A stretch of 64,000 bases of DNA from Flavobacteriales bacterium (GCA_026993355.1 JALWTX010000015.1:28777-92776); one strand, 5' to 3'. Positions 20,056 through 29,226 are shown, counted from the stretch's first letter. The notes: generated by a model from the sequence alone, not told the origin. Program-made: numbers and translations.

Positions 20056-20063
20056 CAAATTTA
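20056..20063 (-). promoter_or_regulatory. -7 promoter box TAAATTTG for the tRNA-Pro gene(s)
   Basis: Exact TAnnTTTG on the minus strand, ending 11 nt upstream of tRNA position 1 (20044). Confidence 0.6.
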
Positions 20064-20093
20064 GAAATATTTTTTGAATTAGAAATATTTTTT
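20061..20093. repeat. Direct repeat TTAGAAATATTTTTT x2 (18-nt period)
   Basis: Exact 15-mers at 20061-20075 and 20079-20093. The first copy overlaps the tRNA promoter box. Confidence 0.8.
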
Positions 20094-20209
20094 TATTGAT
20101 TATTTTAAGCTTATTATACATGCTAAATTTAAGCCTTTGATAGTTAATGAACTAAATAACTTAAAAGTTTTTTCGGCAAAAAAATTTGTTTTTAAGTTTT
20201 ATTTTTTCT

Positions 20210-20217
20210 TACCTTTG
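20210..20217 (+). promoter_or_regulatory. -7 promoter box TACCTTTG for SRP RNA
   Basis: Exact TAnnTTTG ending 4 nt before the first paired base of the SRP RNA. A TTTG sits about 20 nt further upstream (20186-20189). Confidence 0.65.
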
Positions 20218-20221
20218 CATC

Positions 20222-20315
20222 GGCAAGTCCTACACGACTAGCTCCCTCTGAATCCCCCAGGGCAGGAATGCAGCAAGGGTAGGAGGTTGTAGCAGTGCGA
20301 TGTAGGTAGCTTGCC
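20222..20315 (+). ncRNA. ffs: Signal recognition particle RNA (small 4.5S type)
   Basis: Long hairpin: GGCAAGTCCTACA... pairs with ...TGTAGGTAGCTTGCC. The apex CCC-AGG-GCA-GGAA-UGC-AGCA-AGGG reproduces the conserved domain IV pattern (AGG / 3-bp stem / GGAA tetraloop / AGCA). Followed by a T7 terminator tract. Confidence 0.85.
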
Positions 20316-20374
20316 TTTTTTTATGCTTAAATTTCAAGGTTTTTTACTACTTTCGTCTTAAAATTTTATTTCTT

Positions 20375-21187
20375 ATGTCCCAAACCTCTAAAGTTGTTTT
20401 ACTTACCGGTGCCTCCGGTGGATTAGGTTCTGCTATTGCCAAACATTTAAATAGTAAAGGTTTCATTGTTTATGGATTAGGTAGAAAACCGGTTAAATCA
20501 CCTTATTATAACTGGGTTTATATGGATTTGGTGCAGCCTGAAAGCATCGATAATGCCATAAAGGAAATTGTAAAAAAAGAAAAACGGATTGACATTCTTA
20601 TCAATAATGCCGGCATTGGTGTTACCGGAGGTCTTGAAGAAATGAAAATGAACGATGTGCGTAAAGCTTTTGAGGTGAATTTTTTCGGCACATTGTTTCT
20701 TATTCAAAAAGTTCTTCCTGTAATGCGTCAAACGCAAACGGGGACGATTATCAATATAAGTAGTATTGCCGGTTATACCGGTTTGCCGTTTAGAGGTATT
20801 TACTCGGCAACCAAATCGGCAGTAATGCGTATGTCTGAAGCTTTGAGTAGTGAAGTTAAGCAGTTTGGTATAAAGGTAATAGACGTAGCGCCTGGCGATT
20901 TTAAAACCAAGATTGCTGAATCTAGGCTTTATACTCCTCTAAATCCTCAATCGCCTTATTATGAAGATTATAAGCGTGTGTTAAAAATGATAGATGAAGA
21001 GGTTGACAAAGGTTTGGAACCTGAAATTTTAGGTCATAAAATATTTAAATTTTTAGCCAAAAAACAACCTAAATTACGATATAATATTGGTCTTATTCTG
21101 CAAAAAATGACCCCTGTCATCCAATGTGTTTTACCTGGTCGTTTGTTCGAAAATTTAATTTTAAAACATTATAAAATGAAGCAGTAA
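20375..21187 (+). CDS. SDR family oxidoreductase
   Basis: TGASGGLGSAIA (TGxxxGxG), NNAG, and catalytic YSATK. Confidence 0.9.
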   Translation: MSQTSKVVLLTGASGGLGSAIAKHLNSKGFIVYGLGRKPVKSPYYNWVYMDLVQPESIDNAIKEIVKKEKRIDILINNAGIGVTGGLEEMKMNDVRKAFEVNFFGTLFLIQKVLPVMRQTQTGTIINISSIAGYTGLPFRGIYSATKSAVMRMSEALSSEVKQFGIKVIDVAPGDFKTKIAESRLYTPLNPQSPYYEDYKRVLKMIDEEVDKGLEPEILGHKIFKFLAKKQPKLRYNIGLILQKMTPVIQCVLPGRLFENLILKHYKMKQ

Positions 21188-21194
21188 ATCAAAA

Positions 21195-21218
21195 GACCAT
21201 CATCAGATGGCCTTTTTT
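21195..21218 (+). terminator. Weak intrinsic terminator after the SDR gene
   Basis: CCATC-atca-GATGG stem followed by CC and T6. Confidence 0.4.
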
Positions 21219-21220
21219 AG

Positions 21221-22624
21221 TTACTGTTTTATAAATTGCCGTGTTAATGAGCCTTCAGAAGTGGTAAACCGGTATAAATAAGGACCGGCAGGCAGATGGT
21301 CAATCCAAATAACAATCCGGTTATTTCCTTGATTTACACTATAAATCTTTTTATCCAAAATTTGTCCGGTAAGATTAATTATTTCTAATAATAAAGTTTG
21401 CGTTTTTGTGGCAGTTATTTTAAAATTCAATTTGTTTTTGGCCGGTATAGGATAGGCAACAGCTTGTTGTATATTTAAATGGTTAATATTGCCGGCGGGA
21501 TAATATAAAATGATATGGTCAACCTTTAAACTATTTCCGGGATAATCGCCCGAACTGGCTACAAATTGCAAAGTGTCAGGTGTTTGCGTGCTATTAATCA
21601 TTATATCTTCATGCTGATATGTAGTAAAAGTTTGGCTATAACTGTTGCCATAGTTGGCGATTTGCTGCCCTTGTTTTTTTAATATTAAATTAATACTAGG
21701 ATTAAAAGTGGCAAAACCGGCATAATTTACTTTATAATCCCAACTGACTTCATTGGGTGTTCCGTTGGTGGCAATACCACCGGGGAAAGGCCAATCACTA
21801 ACTATGCCATTGGTAATCAAACCCACAATGGTGTCTTGTTGTTGGTTGACAACCGTATTGAGTTTAATGGCATAATTTCCATGACTGGCATCATTGCTTC
21901 GTTCAACAGACAAAGGCGATGTTGTAATATCCCACTCTAAGGAAGAATGAAAATTGTCAGGATAATAAACTTGTTTTTCATCCCAATTTTCAAAATTGCT
22001 ATTTGGCGGCGGTGTGGCTAATTGATTATTAGTTTTAAAAAATAAACTGTCAAATTGTATCCAACTACCGGCAGTCATCCCAATTTCATCTATGGCATTA
22101 GAGCTGGCAGCACCAATCATTAATGAATCGGGAGTTATACCGGCCGGCATGTTTGTTTTGTAACAAAATCGTTTCCAGTCAGTTGTGTTTTTGTCAGCAG
22201 GGAATTTGTAAATGTCTCCGCCAATTATATTTCCGATTTTTTTAAAATTGACCAATAACAATGCTGTATCTTGTGGCATGACTTGTGCTTTGTAATAGCC
22301 ACAGATCGAGTCGACATGTTCATTATAAGGAGTACCACCTTTAAAATCGTGATCAGGATCAAAATTGATAAAAAAGCCTACATTTAAATCACTATTACCA
22401 TTGTCTTGTGTTGTTACCAGTTTTACCGAATATTGTCCGGTTTTGGCGTCGGTAGAGCGTACGGTATTTTCTGTTTTTCCCTCATCAGCTGCATCTTGAT
22501 AATCTTGTAATGAAAAAAGATGCTTAAGTGTCCAGTTCTCAAAATCACCATTGGTAATTTGAGGCGTCTGTGCCTTAATTATAAAAAATGAAAAGACACT
22601 TAAAATGATTAGTAACTTTTTCAT
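21221..22624 (-). CDS. Secreted T9SS cargo protein with two internal FENW-type repeat modules and a C-terminal sorting domain
   Basis: Signal peptide MKKLLIILSVFSFFIIKAQ. Repeated modules: GDFENW...STDAKTGQYSVKLVT and SNFENW...SNDASHGNYAIKLNT. The C-terminal ~80 aa (AYPIPAKNKLNF...LPAGPYLYRF) resembles a T9SS type A CTD. Confidence 0.7.
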   Translation of the reverse strand: MKKLLIILSVFSFFIIKAQTPQITNGDFENWTLKHLFSLQDYQDAADEGKTENTVRSTDAKTGQYSVKLVTTQDNGNSDLNVGFFINFDPDHDFKGGTPYNEHVDSICGYYKAQVMPQDTALLLVNFKKIGNIIGGDIYKFPADKNTTDWKRFCYKTNMPAGITPDSLMIGAASSNAIDEIGMTAGSWIQFDSLFFKTNNQLATPPPNSNFENWDEKQVYYPDNFHSSLEWDITTSPLSVERSNDASHGNYAIKLNTVVNQQQDTIVGLITNGIVSDWPFPGGIATNGTPNEVSWDYKVNYAGFATFNPSINLILKKQGQQIANYGNSYSQTFTTYQHEDIMINSTQTPDTLQFVASSGDYPGNSLKVDHIILYYPAGNINHLNIQQAVAYPIPAKNKLNFKITATKTQTLLLEIINLTGQILDKKIYSVNQGNNRIVIWIDHLPAGPYLYRFTTSEGSLTRQFIKQ

Positions 22625-22774
22625 GTGTTAAGGATTTTAAATTTATATATAAAATTAAGTTTAATTTTAATGACATTGCAATGATTTTTCTCATAATATT
22701 CTCAATTATATCACTGGTCCGTTTATTTATTTTATGAGACCTGATTTTGACAGCTAAAAAACTGCAGAAATGAT

Positions 22775-22782
22775 TATATTTG
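22775..22782 (+). promoter_or_regulatory. -7 promoter box TATATTTG upstream of lpd
   Basis: Exact TAnnTTTG. Confidence 0.5.
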
Positions 22783-22846
22783 TAGCAAACAAGTTAAAAT
22801 GAATAACTTGTATGAGATGGTATATAAAATTAAAAAAAATACTTTT

Positions 22847-24235
22847 ATGAAATATGATATAATTGTCTTAGGAAGTGGCCCCGGTGGTTATGTTGCTGCT
22901 ATTAGAGCGGCGCAATTGGGGTTTAAAACAGCTATTGTCGAAAAAGAAAATTTGGGAGGTGTTTGTTTAAATTGGGGTTGTATTCCAACTAAAGCCTTGC
23001 TTAAAAGTGCTCAAGTATATGACTATATTAAACATGCTGAATCTTATGGCATCAATTTGCAATCGCCCATTGTACAGTTTGATAAAATAATAGAACGTAG
23101 CCGGGGTGTAGCAGCTAGTATGAGCAGTGGTGTTGCTTTTTTAATGCGCAAAAATAATATTGATGTGATTGAAGGTTTCGGAACTTTACGGCCGGGCAAA
23201 CGCATTGAAGTAAAGAAAGAATCGGGCGAAAATGCCCTGTATGAAGCAGAGCATATTATAATTGCAACCGGTGCTAGAGCCAGACAATTACCTAATTTGC
23301 CAATTGATGGCCAAAAAGTAATTGGTTACCGGCAAGCCATGACATTGCCTAAACAACCGTCCTCCATGATTGTTGTCGGTTCGGGGGCTATTGGTGTAGA
23401 GTTTGCTTATTTTTATAATACGATAGGCACGCAAGTGACGATTGTTGAATATTTAGACAGGATCGTCCCCTTAGAAGATGTCGAAGTTTCTAAACAATTG
23501 ACCCGCGCTTTTAAAAAATCGAAAGTAAAAGTTATGACCTCTGCCGAATTATTATCTGTTGATACTACCGGTGAAGGTGTGACAGCCAGTGTAAAAACAA
23601 AAAAAGGATTAGTCGAATTAAAAGCCGAAATGGTATTATCTGCTGTCGGTATAAAATCGAATATTGAGAATATAGGTTTAGAAGAAGTTGGTATTGCAGT
23701 GCAAAAAGATAAAATTGTGGTAAATGATTTTTATCAAACCAACATTCCGGGCTATTATGCCATAGGTGATGTTATTGCCACCCCGGCTTTGGCCCATGTT
23801 GCTTCTGCAGAAGGGATAACTTGTGTTGAGAAAATTGCCGGGTTGGATCCGGAACCGATTGATTACAACAATATTCCGGGGGCTATTTATACCACACCCG
23901 AAATTTCATCAACCGGTTATACTGAAGAACAAGCCAAGGCCGCCGGTCATGAAGTTTTAGTGGGAAAATTTCCTTTTACAGCCAGCGGAAAAGCTAAAGC
24001 TGCCGGTCATACAGAAGGTTTTGTAAAGGTTATTATTGATAAAAAATACGGCGAAATTTTGGGGGCACATATGATTGGTGCAAATGTAACAGAAATGATA
24101 GCCGAAATAGTAGCTGCCCGGAAAGCCGAAGCCACCGGACATACACTCTTAAAATCTATACATCCGCATCCGACTATGAGTGAGGCAATCATGGAAGCGG
24201 TTGCCGATGCATATGACGAAGTCATTCATCTGTAA
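22847..24235 (+). CDS. lpdA: Dihydrolipoyl dehydrogenase
   Basis: GSGPGGY FAD motif, redox disulfide GGVCLNWGCIPTK, and C-terminal HPHPTMSE. I chose the start at MKYDIIVLGSG (ATG 22847) rather than the ORF-track ATG 22799, which adds a non-conserved 16-aa extension. Confidence 0.9.
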   Translation: MKYDIIVLGSGPGGYVAAIRAAQLGFKTAIVEKENLGGVCLNWGCIPTKALLKSAQVYDYIKHAESYGINLQSPIVQFDKIIERSRGVAASMSSGVAFLMRKNNIDVIEGFGTLRPGKRIEVKKESGENALYEAEHIIIATGARARQLPNLPIDGQKVIGYRQAMTLPKQPSSMIVVGSGAIGVEFAYFYNTIGTQVTIVEYLDRIVPLEDVEVSKQLTRAFKKSKVKVMTSAELLSVDTTGEGVTASVKTKKGLVELKAEMVLSAVGIKSNIENIGLEEVGIAVQKDKIVVNDFYQTNIPGYYAIGDVIATPALAHVASAEGITCVEKIAGLDPEPIDYNNIPGAIYTTPEISSTGYTEEQAKAAGHEVLVGKFPFTASGKAKAAGHTEGFVKVIIDKKYGEILGAHMIGANVTEMIAEIVAARKAEATGHTLLKSIHPHPTMSEAIMEAVADAYDEVIHL

Positions 24236-24246
24236 TAAAAAAAATG

Positions 24247-24254
24247 TATATTTG
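24247..24254 (+). promoter_or_regulatory. -7 promoter box TATATTTG upstream of fabI
   Basis: Exact TAnnTTTG ending 24 nt upstream of ATG 24279. Confidence 0.5.
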
Positions 24255-24278
24255 TTAAAAATTTTTAAAAAAAGATAT

Positions 24279-25124
24279 ATGGCTTATAATTTATTGAAAG
24301 GTAAAAGAGGGATTATTTTTGGCGCACTTGACCATAATTCTATCGCATGGAAAGTGGCAGAAAAAGCTCATGAAGAAGGGGCAAAATTTGTTTTGACCAA
24401 TGCCCCGGTCGCAATGCGTATGGGTGAAATAAAAGAATTGGCTGAAAAAACAGGAAGTGAAATTATTCCTGCCGATGCCACGTCATTAAAAGATTTGGAA
24501 AATTTAATAGATAAAGCGCAAGAAATATTAGGTGGAAAATTAGATTTTGTTTTACATTCAATCGGGATGTCCGTTAATGTAAGAAAAGGACGACCTTACA
24601 CCAATTTAAATTATGATTGGTTGACCAAAGGTTGGGACGTTTCGGCAGTTTCTTTTCACAAATTAATGAATTTGCTTTATAACAAGGATGCGATGAATGA
24701 TCACGGTTCTATTGTAGCTTATTCCTATATTGCTGCTCAACGCGTTTTTCCCGATTATAATGACATGGCTGACAATAAAGCTTATTTGGAAGCCATTGCC
24801 CGAAACTTTGGCTATTTCTTTGCCAAGAAAAATGGCGTCAGGGTCAATACTATTTCACAATCGCCTACACCAACAACTGCCGGTAAAGGCGTTAAAAGTT
24901 TTGAAGGTTTTTTGAAATATGCCGAGTTAATGTCGCCATTGGGCAATGCCACTGCTGAAGAATGTGCTGACTATACTTTAACTTTATTTTCGGACTTAAC
25001 CAGAAAGGTAACGATGCAAAACTTATTTCACGATGGCGGTTTTTCATCAACAGGAGTTTCGATGGAGATGATGGATCTATTTATGAAAAATTTAGACGAA
25101 AAAGAAGAAGAAGGCAAAAAATAG
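24279..25124 (+). CDS. fabI: Enoyl-ACP reductase FabI
   Basis: FabI-type SDR with catalytic Y-x6-K in YNDMADNK. I chose the start at MAYNLLKGKRGIIFG; the ORF-track start 24180 lies inside lpd. Confidence 0.9.
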   Translation: MAYNLLKGKRGIIFGALDHNSIAWKVAEKAHEEGAKFVLTNAPVAMRMGEIKELAEKTGSEIIPADATSLKDLENLIDKAQEILGGKLDFVLHSIGMSVNVRKGRPYTNLNYDWLTKGWDVSAVSFHKLMNLLYNKDAMNDHGSIVAYSYIAAQRVFPDYNDMADNKAYLEAIARNFGYFFAKKNGVRVNTISQSPTPTTAGKGVKSFEGFLKYAELMSPLGNATAEECADYTLTLFSDLTRKVTMQNLFHDGGFSSTGVSMEMMDLFMKNLDEKEEEGKK

Positions 25125-25147
25125 AGACAAAAGTTTAATAATTTAAG

Positions 25148-25178
25148 CCCCAATGGGATTGCCATTGGGGTTATTTTA
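25148..25178 (+). terminator. Intrinsic terminator after fabI
   Basis: 9-bp stem CCCCAATGG / CCATTGGGG with loop GATTG, followed by TTATTTTA. Confidence 0.8.
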
Positions 25179-25189
25179 TACTTATAAAT

Positions 25190-26278
25190 ATGGTATGGAC
25201 CCACATACATCCTGATTTTGAATTGGAGGGGCATAAATTTAATGCTTGTCGTGAATTTTTAAGATATGTTAAAGAAAATTATCCTGCTCATTTTGCTTTT
25301 TTAAATGATTGGTGTCAACCTGATAACACATTGATTGCTTTTACTTCCGGCTCAACCGGAGAACCTAAATCGATTAAACTCGATAAAAAAGCGATGCTGC
25401 AATCGGCGCGTCGTACTATAAATTTTTTCAATTTAAAGCCCGGCAAACGGGTACTTATAAATTTATCTGCTGATTATATTGCCGGCAAAATGATGTGGGT
25501 CCGCGCTTTAACAGGAGGTTGGCATGTGGAAGTTTCTGCTCCCGACAATAAGCATATTTACCAAAAATTGAAAAACCAATCTTTTGATTTTGGCGCCATG
25601 GTCCCTGTGCAAGTGCAAAAAAATTTGGATTTTATAAAACATTTCAAAACTTTAATAATTGGCGGTGGAGTGGTTTCTAATCGGTTACAAAAATCACTGG
25701 AACACTTACCGGTTGATATTTTTGCTACCTACGGCATGACGGAGACGGTGACCCACATTGCCGTTAAATCTTTGAGCAAGCAAGCCCTGTACAAATACAA
25801 TTTGCCAACCGAGGTTTATAGAGTTTTTGAGGGTATTAAAATTGATGTGGATGACCGGGGGTGTCTTATTATAAAGGCGCCTGATTTAAATCATGAACCC
25901 ATTATAACAAACGATGTGGTTCGTCTTATTGATAAACAACATTTTCAATGGTTGGGCCGGTTTGACAATATTATTAATACCGGCGGCCTTAAATTTGTGC
26001 CGGAACAATTAGAAGAAAAAATAAAACCGCTGTTATCTCAAGATTTTTTTATTGGAAGTTTGCCACATCCTGTTTTGGGCAAAGAAATTGTTTTGCTGGT
26101 GGAAGGTAAAGTTGATAAGTCAAAATTAAATAAATTATTGGTCAAAAATTTGGGTAAATATGAAATGCCTAAAAAAATAATAGATGTTGCCATTTTTTTG
26201 CGTACCTCGAGTGGAAAAATTAGACGTAAAGCTATTTTACAACAAATTAAAAGCGACCCACAAAAGGAGGGTCGCTAA
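25190..26278 (+). CDS. Adenylate-forming AMP-binding enzyme (O-succinylbenzoate-CoA ligase-like)
   Basis: AMP-binding motifs TSGSTGEPK, YGMTET and GRFDNIINTGGLK. The MenE-like substrate assignment is tentative. Confidence 0.75.
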   Translation: MVWTHIHPDFELEGHKFNACREFLRYVKENYPAHFAFLNDWCQPDNTLIAFTSGSTGEPKSIKLDKKAMLQSARRTINFFNLKPGKRVLINLSADYIAGKMMWVRALTGGWHVEVSAPDNKHIYQKLKNQSFDFGAMVPVQVQKNLDFIKHFKTLIIGGGVVSNRLQKSLEHLPVDIFATYGMTETVTHIAVKSLSKQALYKYNLPTEVYRVFEGIKIDVDDRGCLIIKAPDLNHEPIITNDVVRLIDKQHFQWLGRFDNIINTGGLKFVPEQLEEKIKPLLSQDFFIGSLPHPVLGKEIVLLVEGKVDKSKLNKLLVKNLGKYEMPKKIIDVAIFLRTSSGKIRRKAILQQIKSDPQKEGR

Positions 26279-26292
26279 AAATTGATTTCAAG

Positions 26293-26394
26293 CTATTTAG
26301 CAGCTTGTTTCTTTTTCTTATTACGCGGGCGGGTTTTACCATAAGTACCACGCGTAATTTTTCCACGTCGTGTTTTGATATCTCCTTTTCCCAT
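26293..26394 (-). CDS. 30S ribosomal protein Thx (33 aa; absent from the ORF track)
   Basis: Minus-strand translation is [33 protein letters not shown], the characteristic Thx sequence pattern. Its own TAATTTTG box lies at 26413-26420. Confidence 0.8.
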   Translation of the reverse strand: MGKGDIKTRRGKITRGTYGKTRPRNKKKKQAAK

Positions 26395-26412
26395 AAAATA
26401 AGTTTTTAAGTT

Positions 26413-26420
26413 CAAAATTA
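26413..26420 (-). promoter_or_regulatory. -7 promoter box TAATTTTG for the Thx gene
   Basis: Exact TAnnTTTG on the minus strand, ending 18 nt upstream of the ATG at 26394. Confidence 0.55.
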
Positions 26421-26602
26421 TAAAAAAATAATTAATTTAGATTTAATTTTGTAAAATTATTATAAGTTAAATCATTGAAGGAACTGTATTAAATTAACGC
26501 TTTCTATATTTTTTGTTTGTGATTATCTTGTGCTTATCTTAAAAAAATGTGTTTTTTTAAAGAAATGAACTTGTTTAGGTTGCTTTTTTAACAAAAAAAC
26601 AT

Positions 26603-26610
26603 TAATTTTG
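26603..26610 (+). promoter_or_regulatory. -7 promoter box TAATTTTG upstream of the CZB gene
   Basis: Exact TAnnTTTG ending 26 nt upstream of ATG 26637. Confidence 0.5.
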
Positions 26611-26636
26611 CATTTCGAATTATAAATAATATTCAA

Positions 26637-27074
26637 ATGACAAAAGCAGAAGCAATAGAAAAGATAAGAAAAGCCAAGATGGGTCATAAAAAATGGGTAT
26701 CATATGCTAAAGCAATGCACATGGGAATTAATGTAGATAAAGATGCTGTGCCCATGCTTGAGACAGATTGTGATTTTGGGAAATGGTATTATGGTGAAGG
26801 GCAAATTTTTTCTGATTTAGAATCGTTTCAAGCTATCGAAGCGCCGCATAGCTTGTTGCATCAAACTTATATGCAATTATATAAAGCGCGTCGTAAACCG
26901 GTGAAAACAGGTATATTTATTTCGAAAAATAAAGCACAAAATGAAAAACAAAAGAAATTGGATAATTTAATGAACCAATTACTGCAAGTAAGTCAAATCC
27001 TAACCGATAATTTGAAAGAATTAGAAACTGATATCAAAAATATGAGTGACTTTGAACTTGAAAGATTAATGTAG
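26637..27074 (+). CDS. Stand-alone CZB (chemoreceptor zinc-binding) domain protein
   Basis: Full CZB motif: H17-KK-W20, then 24 aa, C45-D-F-G-K-W50, then 20 aa, H71-SLL-H75. This fits Hxx[WFYL]-x21-28-Cx[LFMVI]Gx[WFLVI]-x18-27-HxxxH. Confidence 0.75.
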   Translation: MTKAEAIEKIRKAKMGHKKWVSYAKAMHMGINVDKDAVPMLETDCDFGKWYYGEGQIFSDLESFQAIEAPHSLLHQTYMQLYKARRKPVKTGIFISKNKAQNEKQKKLDNLMNQLLQVSQILTDNLKELETDIKNMSDFELERLM

Positions 27075-27097
27075 ATTTTATCCCGATTTGCTTTAAA

Positions 27098-27127
27098 AGT
27101 CCATCCAATAGATGGGCTTTATTTTTT
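27098..27127 (+). terminator. Intrinsic terminator after the CZB gene
   Basis: 8-bp stem AGTCCATC / GATGGGCT with loop CAATA, followed by TTATTTTTT. It overlaps the convergent lptF/G stop. Confidence 0.7.
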
Positions 27128-28555
27128 GGCTTTTTTACCGAGTTTTTTTATCATGTCAATCAAATTATTAACCTTGATAAACTCGGCATCTTTATGCGCT
27201 CTATAAGTGAGAAACAAACCTAAAGGTAAAAGTATGGCCGTAGCAAACCATGCGCCCAAGTAAGGTGGTATGGCACCTTCTTCAGCTGCATTCTTTCCTA
27301 ACATACTAAGGATATAATAGGTCACAAATATAATGATTCCAAGGACTATGGATATGCCAAACCCGCCTTTTTTAATAATTGCACCTAAAGGGATTCCGAC
27401 CAAAAACATAATAATTACCATGACAGGATAAGTAAATTTCTCTGAAAAAGTGTGGATGTATTTATTAGTCCGGATTTTCTGATTTTTTAAATAATCTGCC
27501 TTACGTTTGACAAACTGTTTCATGCCTTCAGCTTTATGGAGGGCTCTACTGTACAGACTGGCTAATTTTTCCGTGGGCATTAATAATGTATCTTTTAAAA
27601 TTTGAGAGAGATCTTTTTTGACCTCTAATTTAGGAGAAGGCTTTTTTTTCGTTATAAAATTTCGTCTTAAAAGTTCCTGGGTAAAAACTTGTTTATTACG
27701 ATAATTTTTCTTTTTCAGCGTATCTATTTCCTTTTTTAAATCAATTACATCCAGCATATGATAGGCAGATGAAATACTGGTTTCATCCATATTAACTTTA
27801 TTTAAGGAAGAAAGATCAATATTAATAACATGTTTTTTGAAAGCGGTTTTCATGGCCGGAAATTTTTTCCGGTCCGATGCCTTTTTTTGTTGGCGTGTTA
27901 AGTCTTCATAAAAGGCGCCATTGTATAAAATTAATTGTATAAGCTGATTTTGAGGGTCACTTCTAAACAAACCGTTTTTGGCTATAATCACTTTGTCCGG
28001 AATACCATTCACTTTTTGATGGATAATAATCTCTTTTAACTTATTATTATTTGGGCCATATTTTTTTTGTACATGAATATTGATACCTGCCGGTGTAAAA
28101 TCGTTAAAAATTCCTTCGGTAATGGCAACACTGGGCATTTTACGTTTAATATTTCGTCGCAAATTACTAAACTTAAAATTGCCATAAGGCAATGCGGTAT
28201 TGGCAAAAATAAAAGCACCGAGAGCTAAAAGCAGAATGCCGGGCATCAGGGCTTTCATCATATTTTTTAATGAAATACCCATTGATTTCATCGCTGTAAA
28301 TTCAGATTTTTCACCCATACTGCCAAAACTCATAATTCCGCCAAGTAAAATGGCCAACGGTATGGCATTGAGTACAACATATGGTGAAATATATAGCAAG
28401 AATTTGAAAATAATCCCAATGCCTAAACCCTTTCCAGCCAGTTCATCAAAATATAACCAAAAGGTTTGAAGAACAAATATGAAATAAATAATGATAAAAC
28501 TCGGAATGAATTTTTTTAAGAAATTGATTAATATGTATTTATAAACAATTTTCAA
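27119..28555 (-). CDS. LptF/LptG family LPS export permease
   Basis: YjgP/YjgQ-type topology: three N-terminal and three C-terminal TM helices around a large periplasmic domain. It sits in the conserved position after ftsK-lolA. Confidence 0.75.
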   Translation of the reverse strand: MKIVYKYILINFLKKFIPSFIIIYFIFVLQTFWLYFDELAGKGLGIGIIFKFLLYISPYVVLNAIPLAILLGGIMSFGSMGEKSEFTAMKSMGISLKNMMKALMPGILLLALGAFIFANTALPYGNFKFSNLRRNIKRKMPSVAITEGIFNDFTPAGINIHVQKKYGPNNNKLKEIIIHQKVNGIPDKVIIAKNGLFRSDPQNQLIQLILYNGAFYEDLTRQQKKASDRKKFPAMKTAFKKHVINIDLSSLNKVNMDETSISSAYHMLDVIDLKKEIDTLKKKNYRNKQVFTQELLRRNFITKKKPSPKLEVKKDLSQILKDTLLMPTEKLASLYSRALHKAEGMKQFVKRKADYLKNQKIRTNKYIHTFSEKFTYPVMVIIMFLVGIPLGAIIKKGGFGISIVLGIIIFVTYYILSMLGKNAAEEGAIPPYLGAWFATAILLPLGLFLTYRAHKDAEFIKVNNLIDMIKKLGKKAKK

Positions 28556-28556
28556 T

Positions 28557-29198
28557 TTAATCTAAGTCATTTATGTAGTAATCGTGATACTTTTGTTTAT
28601 CAAACTCAAATAATTTAGGCGGTAAAATTTTGTTGGTCTGGAAACTTAAGATATCAAGTTTTATTATAGAGCCGTTTTTTTCGACAATAATAGCATTGTG
28701 AATGTTGTGTGTTTTAGTGTCTATGCCCAATAAAATATATTTTTCTGACGATTGGCTGTTTTTAGGGATTAATTTTACATATTGAATCAAACGGCCTTTT
28801 ACCTTTTGTTTAATATCCATTTTTTTGGTATAGCCTTTTTGATAAAAATTGAATATTTTATTAGGGGTGAATTCATCATCATCTTTATGCGAACTGATAT
28901 TTACCTCTTCATTTTCATGAACAATTTGATAACGTTTTTGTCCATCATAAATATCATCGATACCCATATAATTGGCGTGAAATTTGTTGCCTTCAATGTT
29001 AACTTGCCCTTTGGTATTTTGTGACACACCGGCTTTTTTATTTATTAAGCTGTATTTAAATTCGGCCCGGACATTTTTATACGTCTTTAGTTTATTGGTA
29101 ACCTGTTGCAACAATTTTACGGCCTTTGGATCATCTTGTGCCTGTGTCAAGTTGATGCTGAATAAAATTATAAGCCAAAGAAACAGTGTATTTTTCAT
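28557..29198 (-). CDS. lolA: LolA-like outer-membrane lipoprotein carrier protein
   Basis: Signal peptide MKNTLFLWLIILFSINLTQAQ. Size and position immediately after ftsK fit LolA. I chose the start at Met19 (ATG 29198) to avoid a 26-nt overlap with ftsK. Confidence 0.6.
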   Translation of the reverse strand: MKNTLFLWLIILFSINLTQAQDDPKAVKLLQQVTNKLKTYKNVRAEFKYSLINKKAGVSQNTKGQVNIEGNKFHANYMGIDDIYDGQKRYQIVHENEEVNISSHKDDDEFTPNKIFNFYQKGYTKKMDIKQKVKGRLIQYVKLIPKNSQSSEKYILLGIDTKTHNIHNAIIVEKNGSIIKLDILSFQTNKILPPKLFEFDKQKYHDYYINDLD

Positions 29199-29226
29199 TT
29201 TAAATTTATTATTTTTTGGTTGTTTG

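Noticed and set aside
20061-20093. An exact 15-nt direct repeat, TTAGAAATATTTTTT x2, upstream of tRNA-Pro(AGG).
   Set aside because: It is short, very AT-rich and overlaps the promoter box. It is most likely a local duplication or UP-element-like AT tract. It is recorded as a feature but does not support a regulatory claim on its own.
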